Assembly: GCA_963799375.1 (NCBI GenBank)
Contig: CAWCWY010000005.1
Span: 21,041 to 85,040 of the forward strand
Direction: 5' to 3'
Source: an uncultured cyanobacterium
Lineage (GTDB): Bacteria; Cyanobacteriota; Cyanobacteriia; Cyanobacteriales; Xenococcaceae
DNA: 64,000 nucleotides
Position 1 is the first letter of the stretch, and the number at the start of each line of letters is the position of its first letter. Of the stretch, positions 20,260 to 29,661 are shown piece by piece. The position numbers and the translations under genes are program-made. A model generated the notes under the pieces. It did no database searches. It had not been told where the DNA came from and saw nothing but the letters and a program-made list of their open reading frames with translations.

Positions 20260-21104
20260 GATTGCTTACCAAAGGAAACTAGTTTTTCTAGATAGGCAAA
20301 GATTTGGTCGAGAACAATTCCCACAATGCCAATAATAAAAATCGCTACCAAAATATTCGGAATGTACAGGTTGTTCCATTCATTCCAGATAAAGTAGCCC
20401 AGCCCACTACCTAAAAGCATTTCCGCAGCCACGATTACTAGCCAGGATATTCCCATGCTGATGCGTAGCCCAGAAATAATATTGGGCAAAGCAGCAGGAA
20501 TAATTACTTTGAAGATGGTGCGCCATCGAGATGCACCAAGGGTTTTTGATACATTGAGATAGCTAGAATCTACATTAGCTACCCCAAAAGCAGTATTGGT
20601 CAAGGTGGGCCAAATGCTGGCGATGGTAATAATGAAAATTCCTGTTACCTCCGAGTCGCGAAAAATATACAGTCCTAAAGGTAGCCAGGCTAGGGGCGAA
20701 ACGGGTTTTAAGAGTTGGAAGTAGGGGTTAAAGGCTTTGAAAGCTACTTTGGAAATGCCTACCAGAATGCCCAAAGGTACGGCGATTAAAGAAGCTAAGG
20801 TATAGCCGATCGCAACTCGTCTCAAACTAATTAGTAAATTCCAGCCGATACCCAAGTCGTTAGGACCATTTTTATAAAAAGGATGGGACACCCAATACCA
20901 TAATTCTGTGATGGTTAAGGATGCAGTGGGCATTCCTTTGGAAAATATTTTCATCTTCGCCCCCACTTCCCAAAATAATAGGAAGATTCCTAATGAAAGC
21001 AGAAATAGCAATAACGCCTTGACGTTTTCATTCTCAAGTAAACTTTCTTTCTTCTGCTGATTTTTAATTGCACTTTCTCGAACTGCTGTCATTTCATTTA
21101 CCAT
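20256..21104 (-). CDS. cynB: cyanate ABC transporter permease (NrtB family)
   Basis: GPNDLGIGW..L.SL.RV, LKPVSPLAWLP, WLVIVAAEML. Confidence 0.8.
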   Translation of the reverse strand: MVNEMTAVRESAIKNQQKKESLLENENVKALLLFLLSLGIFLLFWEVGAKMKIFSKGMPTASLTITELWYWVSHPFYKNGPNDLGIGWNLLISLRRVAIGYTLASLIAVPLGILVGISKVAFKAFNPYFQLLKPVSPLAWLPLGLYIFRDSEVTGIFIITIASIWPTLTNTAFGVANVDSSYLNVSKTLGASRWRTIFKVIIPAALPNIISGLRISMGISWLVIVAAEMLLGSGLGYFIWNEWNNLYIPNILVAIFIIGIVGIVLDQIFAYLEKLVSFGKQS

Positions 21105-21143
21105 TTATCATTTATCATTCACCATTTGGACGTTCAATGTTCA

Positions 21144-21284
21144 CCCTCGACAATAACCTTATCCGAAGGTGTATCCTTTAGGGCAACGGGGGAAACCCCC
21201 GCAACGGTTTTGTCTCGCAATGTTCAATGTTTACCCTCGACAGTCGCTACAATGGGGGAAACCCCCACAACGCGCTGTCTCGCA
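21144..21284 (+). mobile_element. two tandem copies of a small CCCTCGA...TGTCTCGCA element (76 nt and 51 nt) within a CAATGTT heptamer array
   Basis: 21144..21219 and 21234..21284, both with a GGGGGAAACCCCC hairpin; related copies at 41019 and 51196. Confidence 0.8.
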
Positions 21285-21295
21285 ATGTTCAATGA

Positions 21296-22915
21296 TTAAA
21301 CGCCATATTTTTTAATCTGTTCATCAACGTATTCCTGTGGTTTGGCAGGATCGAAGCTGTCAAATTCTAGGGTTTCTGTGCGATAAATATCTTCTGGCGG
21401 ATTTAGACCTACTTCTGAGGCTAATTCCCTGGCTAAATCGGTCATAAACACTTCTTTGCCCACCTCATCGTATTTTCCATCGGCGATCGCCGTTTGTACC
21501 TTGCCATCCCCCTGTAAGTCCCACCGCACTAGCTGAGAAGAAATCCAGTTAGCAAAGCTTTGCCAAGGATAGGGATCGAAATCAATGCGATCGGGAATTG
21601 AAAGATTGTTGCCCAAACCATCTTCAAAGTTACCCGTTAATACGGCTTCCACCACCTCTACAGGCTGATTAAGAAATGCCCTTTCCGATATTGCCTTGGC
21701 AATTTCAGGACGATTAGCAGGATCTTTGGCATAGCCAGCAGCTTCGATAATCGCTTTATTTAACGATCTAAAGGTGTTGGGGTTTGCTGAGATCCATTCA
21801 TCACTAGCAGCAAAGGCGCAGCAGGGATGCCCAGGCCACAATTCTTTAGTTAATTTATGAATAAAGCCCGCTTCTTCGTATACCGCCCTTTGGTTAAAGG
21901 GATCGGGCATTAAGTATGCGTCAATATCTCCTGCAACTAGTTGAGCAATACTATCTGGTGGGGGAACATCGCGAATTTTGACATCCTTATCTGGGTCGAT
22001 ACCGCCTGTGGCTAGATAATAGCGCAGCAGTAGGTTGTGCATCGAATAAGGAAACGGTACGCCGATGGTAAAACCTTTAAAGTCAGCAGGGCCATTGATT
22101 TTACCCTTGTATTTATTAGCTACAGTAATTGCCTGTCCGTTGATGTTTTCAATACTGGCTAGCTTCACCCCAAAAGAAGACGAACCTAGTCCTAACGTCA
22201 TGGCGATGGGCATCGGTGCAAGCATATGATAGGCATCTAGTTCCCCTGCGATCGCCGAATCTCGAACCGCGCCCCAGCTAGGCATCTTCACTACTTCGGC
22301 ATTAAAGCCATATTTTTCGTAAAATCCTAGAGGTTGAGACATAATAATTGGCGTGGCGCAGGTGATGGGAATGAAGCCAATTTTTAAATCTTTTTTCTCT
22401 AAATTCTCTGCACTTGGTGCTTCTGAACTCTCTCCCGCAGGTTCTTCTGACTGTTGTGGGGCGCAGTTAGTTAAGGTAACTAAAGCTGCACCTACAGCTA
22501 AATTTTTCAAAAAGCGACGACGACTAAAATCACCAGCACGAATGGAATCGCCAAAAAATTCTCCCGCCTTCTGTCCAAATGCAGCAGCAAAAGCATTGTC
22601 TATGCCTCCCGCCTGTTTGCAGAGTTCCAAGACTAATTTTTCTCGTTTAGGATCGCCTTTGCCTGCAACCTTTAATAATAAAGCCTTGCGTAAATCGGCA
22701 GCGTTTACCGCATCTGCCATCTTAAAGGCGTTGGGTTTATAAATTCCCATTTTCGCCAAGTCACCGATCATATCCACGGGATCTTGGGGCATATCTGCCA
22801 TGAATTTCCAGTGATCGTCCGTTAGATGCAAACCACCACAATCTCTGCATGGTGAATTCAATCCACTCAGATTAACTCCTTTATTTATAGAGCTTGTATT
22901 TAGAGAAATTACCAT
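21296..22915 (-). CDS. cynA: cyanate ABC transporter substrate-binding protein (CmpA/NrtA family) with long N-terminal extension
   Basis: GFIPITCATPIIM, ENINGQAIT, PFPYSMHNLLLRYYLA, GHPCC; internal SRRRFLK Tat motif and LTNC lipobox. Confidence 0.8.
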   Translation of the reverse strand: MVISLNTSSINKGVNLSGLNSPCRDCGGLHLTDDHWKFMADMPQDPVDMIGDLAKMGIYKPNAFKMADAVNAADLRKALLLKVAGKGDPKREKLVLELCKQAGGIDNAFAAAFGQKAGEFFGDSIRAGDFSRRRFLKNLAVGAALVTLTNCAPQQSEEPAGESSEAPSAENLEKKDLKIGFIPITCATPIIMSQPLGFYEKYGFNAEVVKMPSWGAVRDSAIAGELDAYHMLAPMPIAMTLGLGSSSFGVKLASIENINGQAITVANKYKGKINGPADFKGFTIGVPFPYSMHNLLLRYYLATGGIDPDKDVKIRDVPPPDSIAQLVAGDIDAYLMPDPFNQRAVYEEAGFIHKLTKELWPGHPCCAFAASDEWISANPNTFRSLNKAIIEAAGYAKDPANRPEIAKAISERAFLNQPVEVVEAVLTGNFEDGLGNNLSIPDRIDFDPYPWQSFANWISSQLVRWDLQGDGKVQTAIADGKYDEVGKEVFMTDLARELASEVGLNPPEDIYRTETLEFDSFDPAKPQEYVDEQIKKYGV

Positions 22916-22972
22916 AATTTTAATTAATATCTTGCTGTTAAGTAATTAGACCGTTTTATCAATTTAAATTTT

Positions 22973-22986
22973 GTAGCCATTTTTAC
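22973..22986. promoter_or_regulatory. putative NtcA box upstream of cynA
   Basis: GTA-GCCATTTT-TAC, 58 nt upstream of the annotated start; no clean -10 box at canonical spacing. Confidence 0.45.
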
Positions 22987-23218
22987 GTAATTTAAATTAA
23001 GTTTAATATAAGAAAAAACAAATTTTCTAACCGAAAAATTAAAAACTAACGAACAATTACAAAGTCAATAGTTGCGTTCAAACACTTAATTTAAAGGCTC
23101 GATTTATTTTCTGTTGCCAACAATAGCAAATCTAATTTGATACTACCAGCAGTGTTGGTAATTTGACATTGAACTAGTTTTAGCAAAAGTAGGATTTTTT
23201 ATCGATCGCGACGTGAAG

Positions 23219-24425
23219 CTAATTCTTTAAAGTTGGTAGAGGAACTTTTATCTGAACTTTAGTACCCCGATCTATCTGACTGCTGATGTTTATCTCGCCA
23301 TCTAGAATATCGACGAATCTTTTTACTATGTTCAAACCTAAACCCGTACCTGGAATATTGCTAACATTTTTACCGCGATGAAAAGGTGCAAAAATTTTTT
23401 CTATATCGCTCTTGGGAATGCCAATTCCACAATCTTTAATCGTAAAAATAGCGCGATCGCTCTTTAAATAAAGCTCGAATTGTATTAATCGATCCCTTGG
23501 AGAATACCTGACCGAATTAGTCAGAATATTAGTTATAATAGACCTCAATAACTGGCAATTTATTTCAGCTTTCAAGGAAAGTATATTGCTATCAAATTTT
23601 ATTTGATGAGTAGGATAAGTCTGCTTGAGTTCAGATAATAATTCTTGACAAAATTGAACTAAATCTATTTTTTCGGAGCTAAGATTAACTCCTTCTGTCT
23701 CAATTTGACCGATAACGAGCAATTCATTGGTCATTTGAGTCATTCGTTCGATGTTGGTTTCAACATCTGATAAATACTCAGTTTTTTCCTTTGCTGAAAG
23801 TTGGCGATCGTAGCGTTTCAAAGAAGATACAGAAAAAGCGATATTATTCAAAGGATTACGGAATTCGTGGCATACCATCGAAACAAACCGCGAACGATCT
23901 TCATTCAGTTGTTTTAATTTTTCGTTAGCTTTACTTAATTCTGAGGTGCGTTCTACAACTCTTTGCTCTAATTCTTCATTTGCTCGTTGTAAAATAGACT
24001 CGCTAAGTTTGCGTTGAGTAATATCGCGAAATGTAACCACAGAACCTACCAACTGATTTTTTTCATCGTGCATTGGCGTGCTGATATATTCTACAGGAAA
24101 GTTAGTACCGTCTTTGCGCCAAAAGACTTCATTATCCACACGACGCACAGTACCCTCTTTGAAAGCAGCGTAAATATGACATTCCTCACGGGGATAAACA
24201 GTACCATCAGGTTTAGAATGATGCAAAATAGCGTGCATCGATTTGCCAATTAAATCGTCCATTTCCCAGCCAATCAATGACGCAGCAGCAGGATTGACAA
24301 AGGTAACATTCCCTTCCACATCTAAGCCATAAATGCCCTCTCCTACAGAATTAAGGATCGATTGATGTTGGCGACGCAAGTTTGCTAATTCAATATCAGT
24401 TTGTCGATTAAATCCTCTGTTTCAT
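23219..24425 (-). CDS. PAS-domain sensor histidine kinase (probable ATG at 24425 with an early frameshift; ORF track starts at 24379)
   Basis: PAS (GEGIYG..VNPAA..FWRKDGTNFPVE), H-box CHEFRNPL, N/G boxes DCGIGIP, GTGLGL. Confidence 0.85.
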
Positions 24426-24468
24426 AGCCTTTTAAGCGATCGCGCTTTGAATTTTCGTAGTAGTCATT

Positions 24469-24482
24469 GTATCTTTAGCTAC
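24469..24482. promoter_or_regulatory. putative NtcA box between the divergent kinase and regulator genes
   Basis: tGTA-TCTTTAGC-TAC (GTAGCTAAAGATACA on minus) matches GTA-N8-TAC. Confidence 0.6.
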
Positions 24483-24553
24483 TGCTTGATGCCCGATTTA
24501 AGTATTTATTGGAAGTAACAAATTAAATTTTAGTTCAGAGATTACGATCGCAA

Positions 24554-25351
24554 ATGAAAACAATTTTAGTCATCGAAGATGAGGCACAAACCAGAAAAGT
24601 CTTGCTTAACTGTCTAAAATTTGAAGGATTTAAAGCGATCGGTGCAGACAATGGTAGGACAGGATTAAAATTAGCTCAACAACATCATCCAGACTTAATT
24701 GTATGTGACATTATGATGCCAGAAATAAATGGCTATGATGTACTGTCTATTCTGCGTCAAAAAATCTCTACTTTGGCAATACCTGTTATTTTTTTAACGG
24801 CAAAAGTCTCGATGTTCGACTTAAGATTGGGTATGGATTTAGGGGCTGAAGATTATTTGACCAAACCTTGTAATGTAGAGCGTTTCCTAACAGCAATTAC
24901 TACTAGATTAAGAAGAAAAGAAGAGTTGCAAAAAAGCTACACTGCGAACTCTAAAACTTCTAGATCCGAATCTTTTTTCAATCGCGATGAGTCACCTAAA
25001 TGCAGCAAAACAACAAAAGTATTTGAATTTATTGAAGAGAATTTTCATCGACCCCTTGAGCTAAAAGAAGTTGCATCTCAAGTTGGTTATTCTCCTGCAT
25101 ATTTAACCAACTTTATGCGACAAAAAACTGGACGTACAGTTAAGCAATGGATTATCGAACGACGGATGGATAAAGCTCGTCAACTGTTGCTTGATACAGA
25201 GCGATCGATTGCCCAGATTGCGATGGATACGGGTTATGTGGATACGGGCTATTTTATTCGCCAATTTAAACAGCTACACGGAACTTCTCCTAATTTGTGG
25301 CGCAAGAGTCCTAAAAATCAGAGAAATTATCAAGTCAAGGCGACGTTTTAG
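24554..25351 (+). CDS. response regulator with AraC-type HTH
   Basis: REC domain (IEDE, CDIMMP, FLTAK, KP) plus AraC output (GYSPAYLT...ERRMDKARQLL...GYFIRQF). Confidence 0.9.
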   Translation: MKTILVIEDEAQTRKVLLNCLKFEGFKAIGADNGRTGLKLAQQHHPDLIVCDIMMPEINGYDVLSILRQKISTLAIPVIFLTAKVSMFDLRLGMDLGAEDYLTKPCNVERFLTAITTRLRRKEELQKSYTANSKTSRSESFFNRDESPKCSKTTKVFEFIEENFHRPLELKEVASQVGYSPAYLTNFMRQKTGRTVKQWIIERRMDKARQLLLDTERSIAQIAMDTGYVDTGYFIRQFKQLHGTSPNLWRKSPKNQRNYQVKATF

Positions 25352-25489
25352 AGTGATATTCTAAAATATCGGTAACAGAAATTAATTTATCGATCTGGTA
25401 TCAAGCTGTACTGAAAAATGAATAATTAGAGCTGTATTGTCAATAATACAATTTGAGCTCGTTATTTGGCTGCGCCAAAGCTAAACTAG

Positions 25490-26593
25490 ATGAAAGCTTC
25501 TAACCTAACTATTATCAAAGACATTCCTCAAACAAAGCCAATTAAAGATAATTATCCAGAGCTAGATAGCTTTTTGAATATCTTGCGCTTATTAATTCGC
25601 GAACCTTCAGTTGTGGGTTGTGAAGATTCTTTTTTTCGCGTATTAAGTCGAGAATTGGAGGAAATTGGGGTTGAGGTGCAATACTATCATGGTGTTTTGG
25701 TAGCACAGGGCAGCAAACCTCACGAGCTAATGCTTTCGGCTCATATAGATCGTCATGGCTTATTATGTACTGGAGCAAATGAATTTCAATATGCTGCTTT
25801 TGTTGCGAGCAATCGTAGCGACTTGACTGGAGATTCTGTTTCCGAACAGATGATGCACACGATTGAAAATCGATTTCAGGGACAGGCGGTACAGGCGCAT
25901 TTACCCTATGTCGGGACATATTTGGGTCAAGGATATATTACCAATTCCTATATTTGCCCCACTAGAAACAATTTAATTTTTGAATTAGACGGACTAGATT
26001 TCTTACAGCCAGGTACGCCTGTATCTTTTTTGGATCGCCTTAAAATAGAGAATGGCTGTGTTTCGGCACAGATAGATAATGTAATCAGTGCAGCAATTAT
26101 AATTTATCTTTTTAGACAAGGCTTTCAGGGGACAGCACTCTTTACCGCACAAGAGGAAGCGGGAAAAAGCTGGCGTTATGCCCTTTCTTGGTTTCAAAGA
26201 CAGCAGATAACTACCCAGCGTTTATTAATTTTAGATACTAGTCCTTATCCAGATCGTGAGGCAGCAGAGGCACAGCAGGTTGTATTGCGCCATCAAGATG
26301 CTAGCGGTGTGTTTGCTACGGGAATAACTGCTGAATTAGCACAAAAATGCGAACAGATGGGAATTACTTATTCTTATAAAGATACTTATATTCAAGCTCA
26401 AAATAAAATAAACAACACATCATACTCATTAGGTAGAACTGAGTTAGGGCGATTAGTCACCGCAACAGAGGGAGATATCAACGGCACTACGCTACAAATT
26501 CCTTCCACTGAATACCATACTCCTAATGAAACTGCATCTCTCTCATCGATAGATGCAGTAATTAAGCTGTTGATTTCTTATGTAACTCCTTAG
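25490..26593 (+). CDS. M42/M20-clan metallopeptidase
   Basis: SAHIDRHG, AQIDN, FTAQEEAG, LDTS, YHT metal-ligand motifs. Confidence 0.75.
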   Translation: MKASNLTIIKDIPQTKPIKDNYPELDSFLNILRLLIREPSVVGCEDSFFRVLSRELEEIGVEVQYYHGVLVAQGSKPHELMLSAHIDRHGLLCTGANEFQYAAFVASNRSDLTGDSVSEQMMHTIENRFQGQAVQAHLPYVGTYLGQGYITNSYICPTRNNLIFELDGLDFLQPGTPVSFLDRLKIENGCVSAQIDNVISAAIIIYLFRQGFQGTALFTAQEEAGKSWRYALSWFQRQQITTQRLLILDTSPYPDREAAEAQQVVLRHQDASGVFATGITAELAQKCEQMGITYSYKDTYIQAQNKINNTSYSLGRTELGRLVTATEGDINGTTLQIPSTEYHTPNETASLSSIDAVIKLLISYVTP

Positions 26594-26812
26594 AAACAAA
26601 TTAATCTGCTATGACTGGGAAAAGGTTAAGGGGTAAGGGTTAAAGGTTAATTTGTTTCTTTCTGACATTACGAATCAGAATTATTTAGACGCTGATGTTA
26701 CGCAGTAGTAGGACAGTAAATTTATAGTTTCAACAATAAAGACAAACAGAACAATATTCCCTTTAACTTTTTTCCCAGTCTTGAGATGAATTTAATTTTG
26801 CACAGATACTTA
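26583..26812 (+). mobile_element. putative ~230 bp MITE spanning the whole convergent intergenic region
   Basis: Left 68 bp repeated at 6205..6272; internal inverted repeat gactgggaaaaggttaa...ttaacttttttcccagtc; loosely similar ends taactccttagaaacaaattaa / taagtatctgtgcaaaattaa. Confidence 0.55.
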
Positions 26813-28246
26813 CCTAGTCTCTACCCAAGTATCTTTACTACCACCACCTTGAGAAGAGTTGACCACTAATTGTCCTTCCTCCATTGCTACCCTCGTTAGC
26901 CCACCAGGATAGACATAAATATCTTCTCCTTGATGAACAATGTAAGGACGTAAATCTGTGTGTCTTCCTTCTAGGCGATCGCCAAATACCGTAGGGATGC
27001 TGGAAAGATGAATTGTCGGCTGCGCCATATAGCTGCGAGGTTGAGATTTGATTTTTTCGGCGAATGCTTCTCGTTCTGACTTACTAGAGTTGACACCAAT
27101 CAACATTCCGTGTCCACCTTCTTCGCTGGCTGCTTTTACCACTAGTTCATCGAGATGTTCGAGAACATACTTGCGATCTTCTTCTTGCCAGCATAAATAG
27201 GTAGGCACATTAGGTAAAATTGGTTCTTCACCCAAATAGTAATTAATTATTTGGGGAACGTAGGCATATATGACTTTATCATCTGCCACTCCCGTACCTA
27301 AAGCATTAGCCAAAGCGAGTTTCCCCTGCTGACACAGATCGGCGATCGCAGCAGTCCCAGAATCATAGTTCCCTCCCAATTCTAGAGAATTGAAAAGTTC
27401 TTGGTCTCCCCGTCGATAAATAACATCAACTCTCTTTTGCCTGTTAGCAGTGTGCATCTGCAAATAGCCATCCTCCAGGGTTAGGTCCTTTGCCTCTATT
27501 AGATGAACTCCCATTTGTTTGGCTAAATAAGCGTGTTCAAAATAGGCAGAAGATTCTTCACCAGGGGTAAGAATGGCAATAGTCGGCTCGCTCACTCCAT
27601 CGGGAACAGAATTCATGAGAGATGTCAAAAACTGTTGAGGATAATCATCTACAGGGGCGATCGCAAATTTTTCCAAGAGCTGAGGCAACAATTTCTGCAT
27701 TACCTTACGGTTTTCCATGGTGTAAGACACTCCTGAAGGGACTCGCAGGTTATCTTCCAAGACATACCATTCTCCAGAGCGATCGCGTACTAGATCCGTC
27801 CCGCTTATGTGACACCAGACTCCCCCTGGAGGTTTTATCCCCCGACATTCGGGAATGAAATTTACGGCAGAATTAATAATTTCACGGGGAATTATCCCGT
27901 CGTCAACTATAAGCTGGCGATCGTAAATATCGGCACAAAACAGATTAAGTGCTTTAGCTCGTTGCTTGAGTCCTTTTTCAAGCTTGCGCCATTGGGCTGC
28001 GGGAATTACACGGGGAATTAAATCGAAGGGAAATACTCTCTCTTGCTCTCCCACCCTAAAGGTAACATCTCTCTCTGCTAAGAGTTTTTGGGCAGTTTCT
28101 TGCTGATGCTGAAGTTCGACCGCATTAAGTCCCTGTAGCCACTCCACTATAGGAACTACTTGCGATCGCGGTTCTCCAGAAGCAAGGATATATTCGTCAT
28201 AGCAATCTTTTGTATCGTACTGACTTAGTCTCATTATCTTAGACAA
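26810..28246 (-). CDS. circularly permuted type 2 ATP-grasp protein
   Basis: FPFDLIPR, VLEDNLRVPSGVSY, GVADDK.IY.YVP, GGLTRVA...VVNSSQGGGSKDTWV. Confidence 0.92.
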   Translation of the reverse strand: MSKIMRLSQYDTKDCYDEYILASGEPRSQVVPIVEWLQGLNAVELQHQQETAQKLLAERDVTFRVGEQERVFPFDLIPRVIPAAQWRKLEKGLKQRAKALNLFCADIYDRQLIVDDGIIPREIINSAVNFIPECRGIKPPGGVWCHISGTDLVRDRSGEWYVLEDNLRVPSGVSYTMENRKVMQKLLPQLLEKFAIAPVDDYPQQFLTSLMNSVPDGVSEPTIAILTPGEESSAYFEHAYLAKQMGVHLIEAKDLTLEDGYLQMHTANRQKRVDVIYRRGDQELFNSLELGGNYDSGTAAIADLCQQGKLALANALGTGVADDKVIYAYVPQIINYYLGEEPILPNVPTYLCWQEEDRKYVLEHLDELVVKAASEEGGHGMLIGVNSSKSEREAFAEKIKSQPRSYMAQPTIHLSSIPTVFGDRLEGRHTDLRPYIVHQGEDIYVYPGGLTRVAMEEGQLVVNSSQGGGSKDTWVETR

Positions 28247-28529
28247 ACTCTAACTAAACTTTTTTGAGAGGGGAGGATATAAAAACTTGGATTTTTCCTG
28301 AGACAACCCAAATTAAACACTGTAGTAAATGTCTTTATTTCCCTATTGTTTATTTTTAATCTTTGCTAGATACAAAATTTGTTCTTGGTAAACACTAATA
28401 TTAAATATTCAAAAACAGACTTTAAATAAGATTAATATAGATTATACCTACAATAAAAAACCGCCTTAAAAATAAGACAGTATTTAATAACTAATCGCTA
28501 TTATTCAGTTTTCTATTAGGAATAAATAA

Positions 28530-29159
28530 TTAATCCCATCCCAATGGTTTTTCTACCGCAGAGGGAACAGAATCAGCTTCAGTTTCCGAAGCAGAATTTT
28601 GTTGGTCGAGAATCATCACAGTGGTAGCTTGAGGTCCCATTTCTCCTTCTGTTTCTTTGAACCTAACCCCGTTACCTACAGATAGTTCATCGAAATTTCT
28701 ATTGGCAACACTATTGCGATGGAAATATACTTCTCTGCCAGTATCTATGGTTTTAATGAAACCATAATCTTGGTCAGTAAACAATTTAGTAATAATTGCG
28801 CCGATCTCTTGTTCGGGGTGAGTTTTGCGATCGCCTTTTTGTTCTGTGGTGATACTTACTAACTGGCGACGTGCTGCTTCAAAAGCATCTCTAATTACTG
28901 CTTCTAAAGGAGGATATTGCTTTCCTTCATCGGGATTATGAGTTACTGCTAGTTCTCTTCCGTGAGGAATAGTAATATCAATACTAACTCTGTAGGGCGA
29001 ACCACTACTAGGATTTTTGTGGGCTTTTTCTAATACGACGCGACAGCTAGTAATGTAGTCACAAAATTGTTCTAGTTTAGCTATTTTCTCATGTACTAAA
29101 GAGTCTATTTTGTCTGTTTTATCAATATCGCGATAAGTTATTTCTGGTGGTATTTGCAT
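28530..29159 (-). CDS. HPF/RaiA-family ribosome-associated protein fused to a cold-shock domain
   Basis: MQIPPEITYR...ITSCRVV...IRDAFEAARRQL; CSD YGFIKT...VYFHRNSV...GPQA. Confidence 0.88.
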   Translation of the reverse strand: MQIPPEITYRDIDKTDKIDSLVHEKIAKLEQFCDYITSCRVVLEKAHKNPSSGSPYRVSIDITIPHGRELAVTHNPDEGKQYPPLEAVIRDAFEAARRQLVSITTEQKGDRKTHPEQEIGAIITKLFTDQDYGFIKTIDTGREVYFHRNSVANRNFDELSVGNGVRFKETEGEMGPQATTVMILDQQNSASETEADSVPSAVEKPLGWD

Positions 29160-29194
29160 TTTTTATCTTTTATTATCGATTCAAATTTATCTTT

Positions 29195-29383
29195 CTAACT
29201 AACTTTGTGTCCCGCTGCAACGATCAGCTGCTTGAAAGTTTCACTAGATGCTTCAGATTCTATGGTTACTTTCTTAGAATCTAAATCTATGTTTACGTCT
29301 GCATTAGGCTCAGAAGTTACAATAGTTTTTTTAAGATTTTCTGCCTGATCCTTTGTGTCTAATGTGGATACTTTAAATTCCAT
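29195..29383 (-). CDS. HMA/CopZ-like small protein lacking the CxxC motif
   Basis: MEFKV...A..L.K.I...EPNADV.IDLDSKKVTIES......K..I.AAGH matches the Atx1/CopZ pattern; no Cys. Confidence 0.65.
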   Translation of the reverse strand: MEFKVSTLDTKDQAENLKKTIVTSEPNADVNIDLDSKKVTIESEASSETFKQLIVAAGHKVS

Positions 29384-29661
29384 CTGAAAATTACCTCTAA
29401 AACATAATTCTTTACCATATTATGGGCGATCGCACTCCTTCTTCACCTGTCTTAAGTAATAGATATAACTATTTGGTGACAAAATATTTTTAAAAATCTA
29501 CCTTGTGACATATTTTATTTTGAGCTTTTTTTCTTAGATTAACTGTAGCTGAACCCGATTGGCATAGTTTGAACAACGCAAAATGATTGAGTCATGTTGT
29601 TTGAATTAGTCGTGCGATCGCGTCATCTAAAAATATTAATTACATATCAAGAAAAGAAATA

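Noticed and set aside
21120-21295. Repeat-spacer-like pattern suggesting a mini CRISPR array
   Set aside because: Only two units, the 'spacers' are themselves homologous hairpins found elsewhere, and no cas genes are present.
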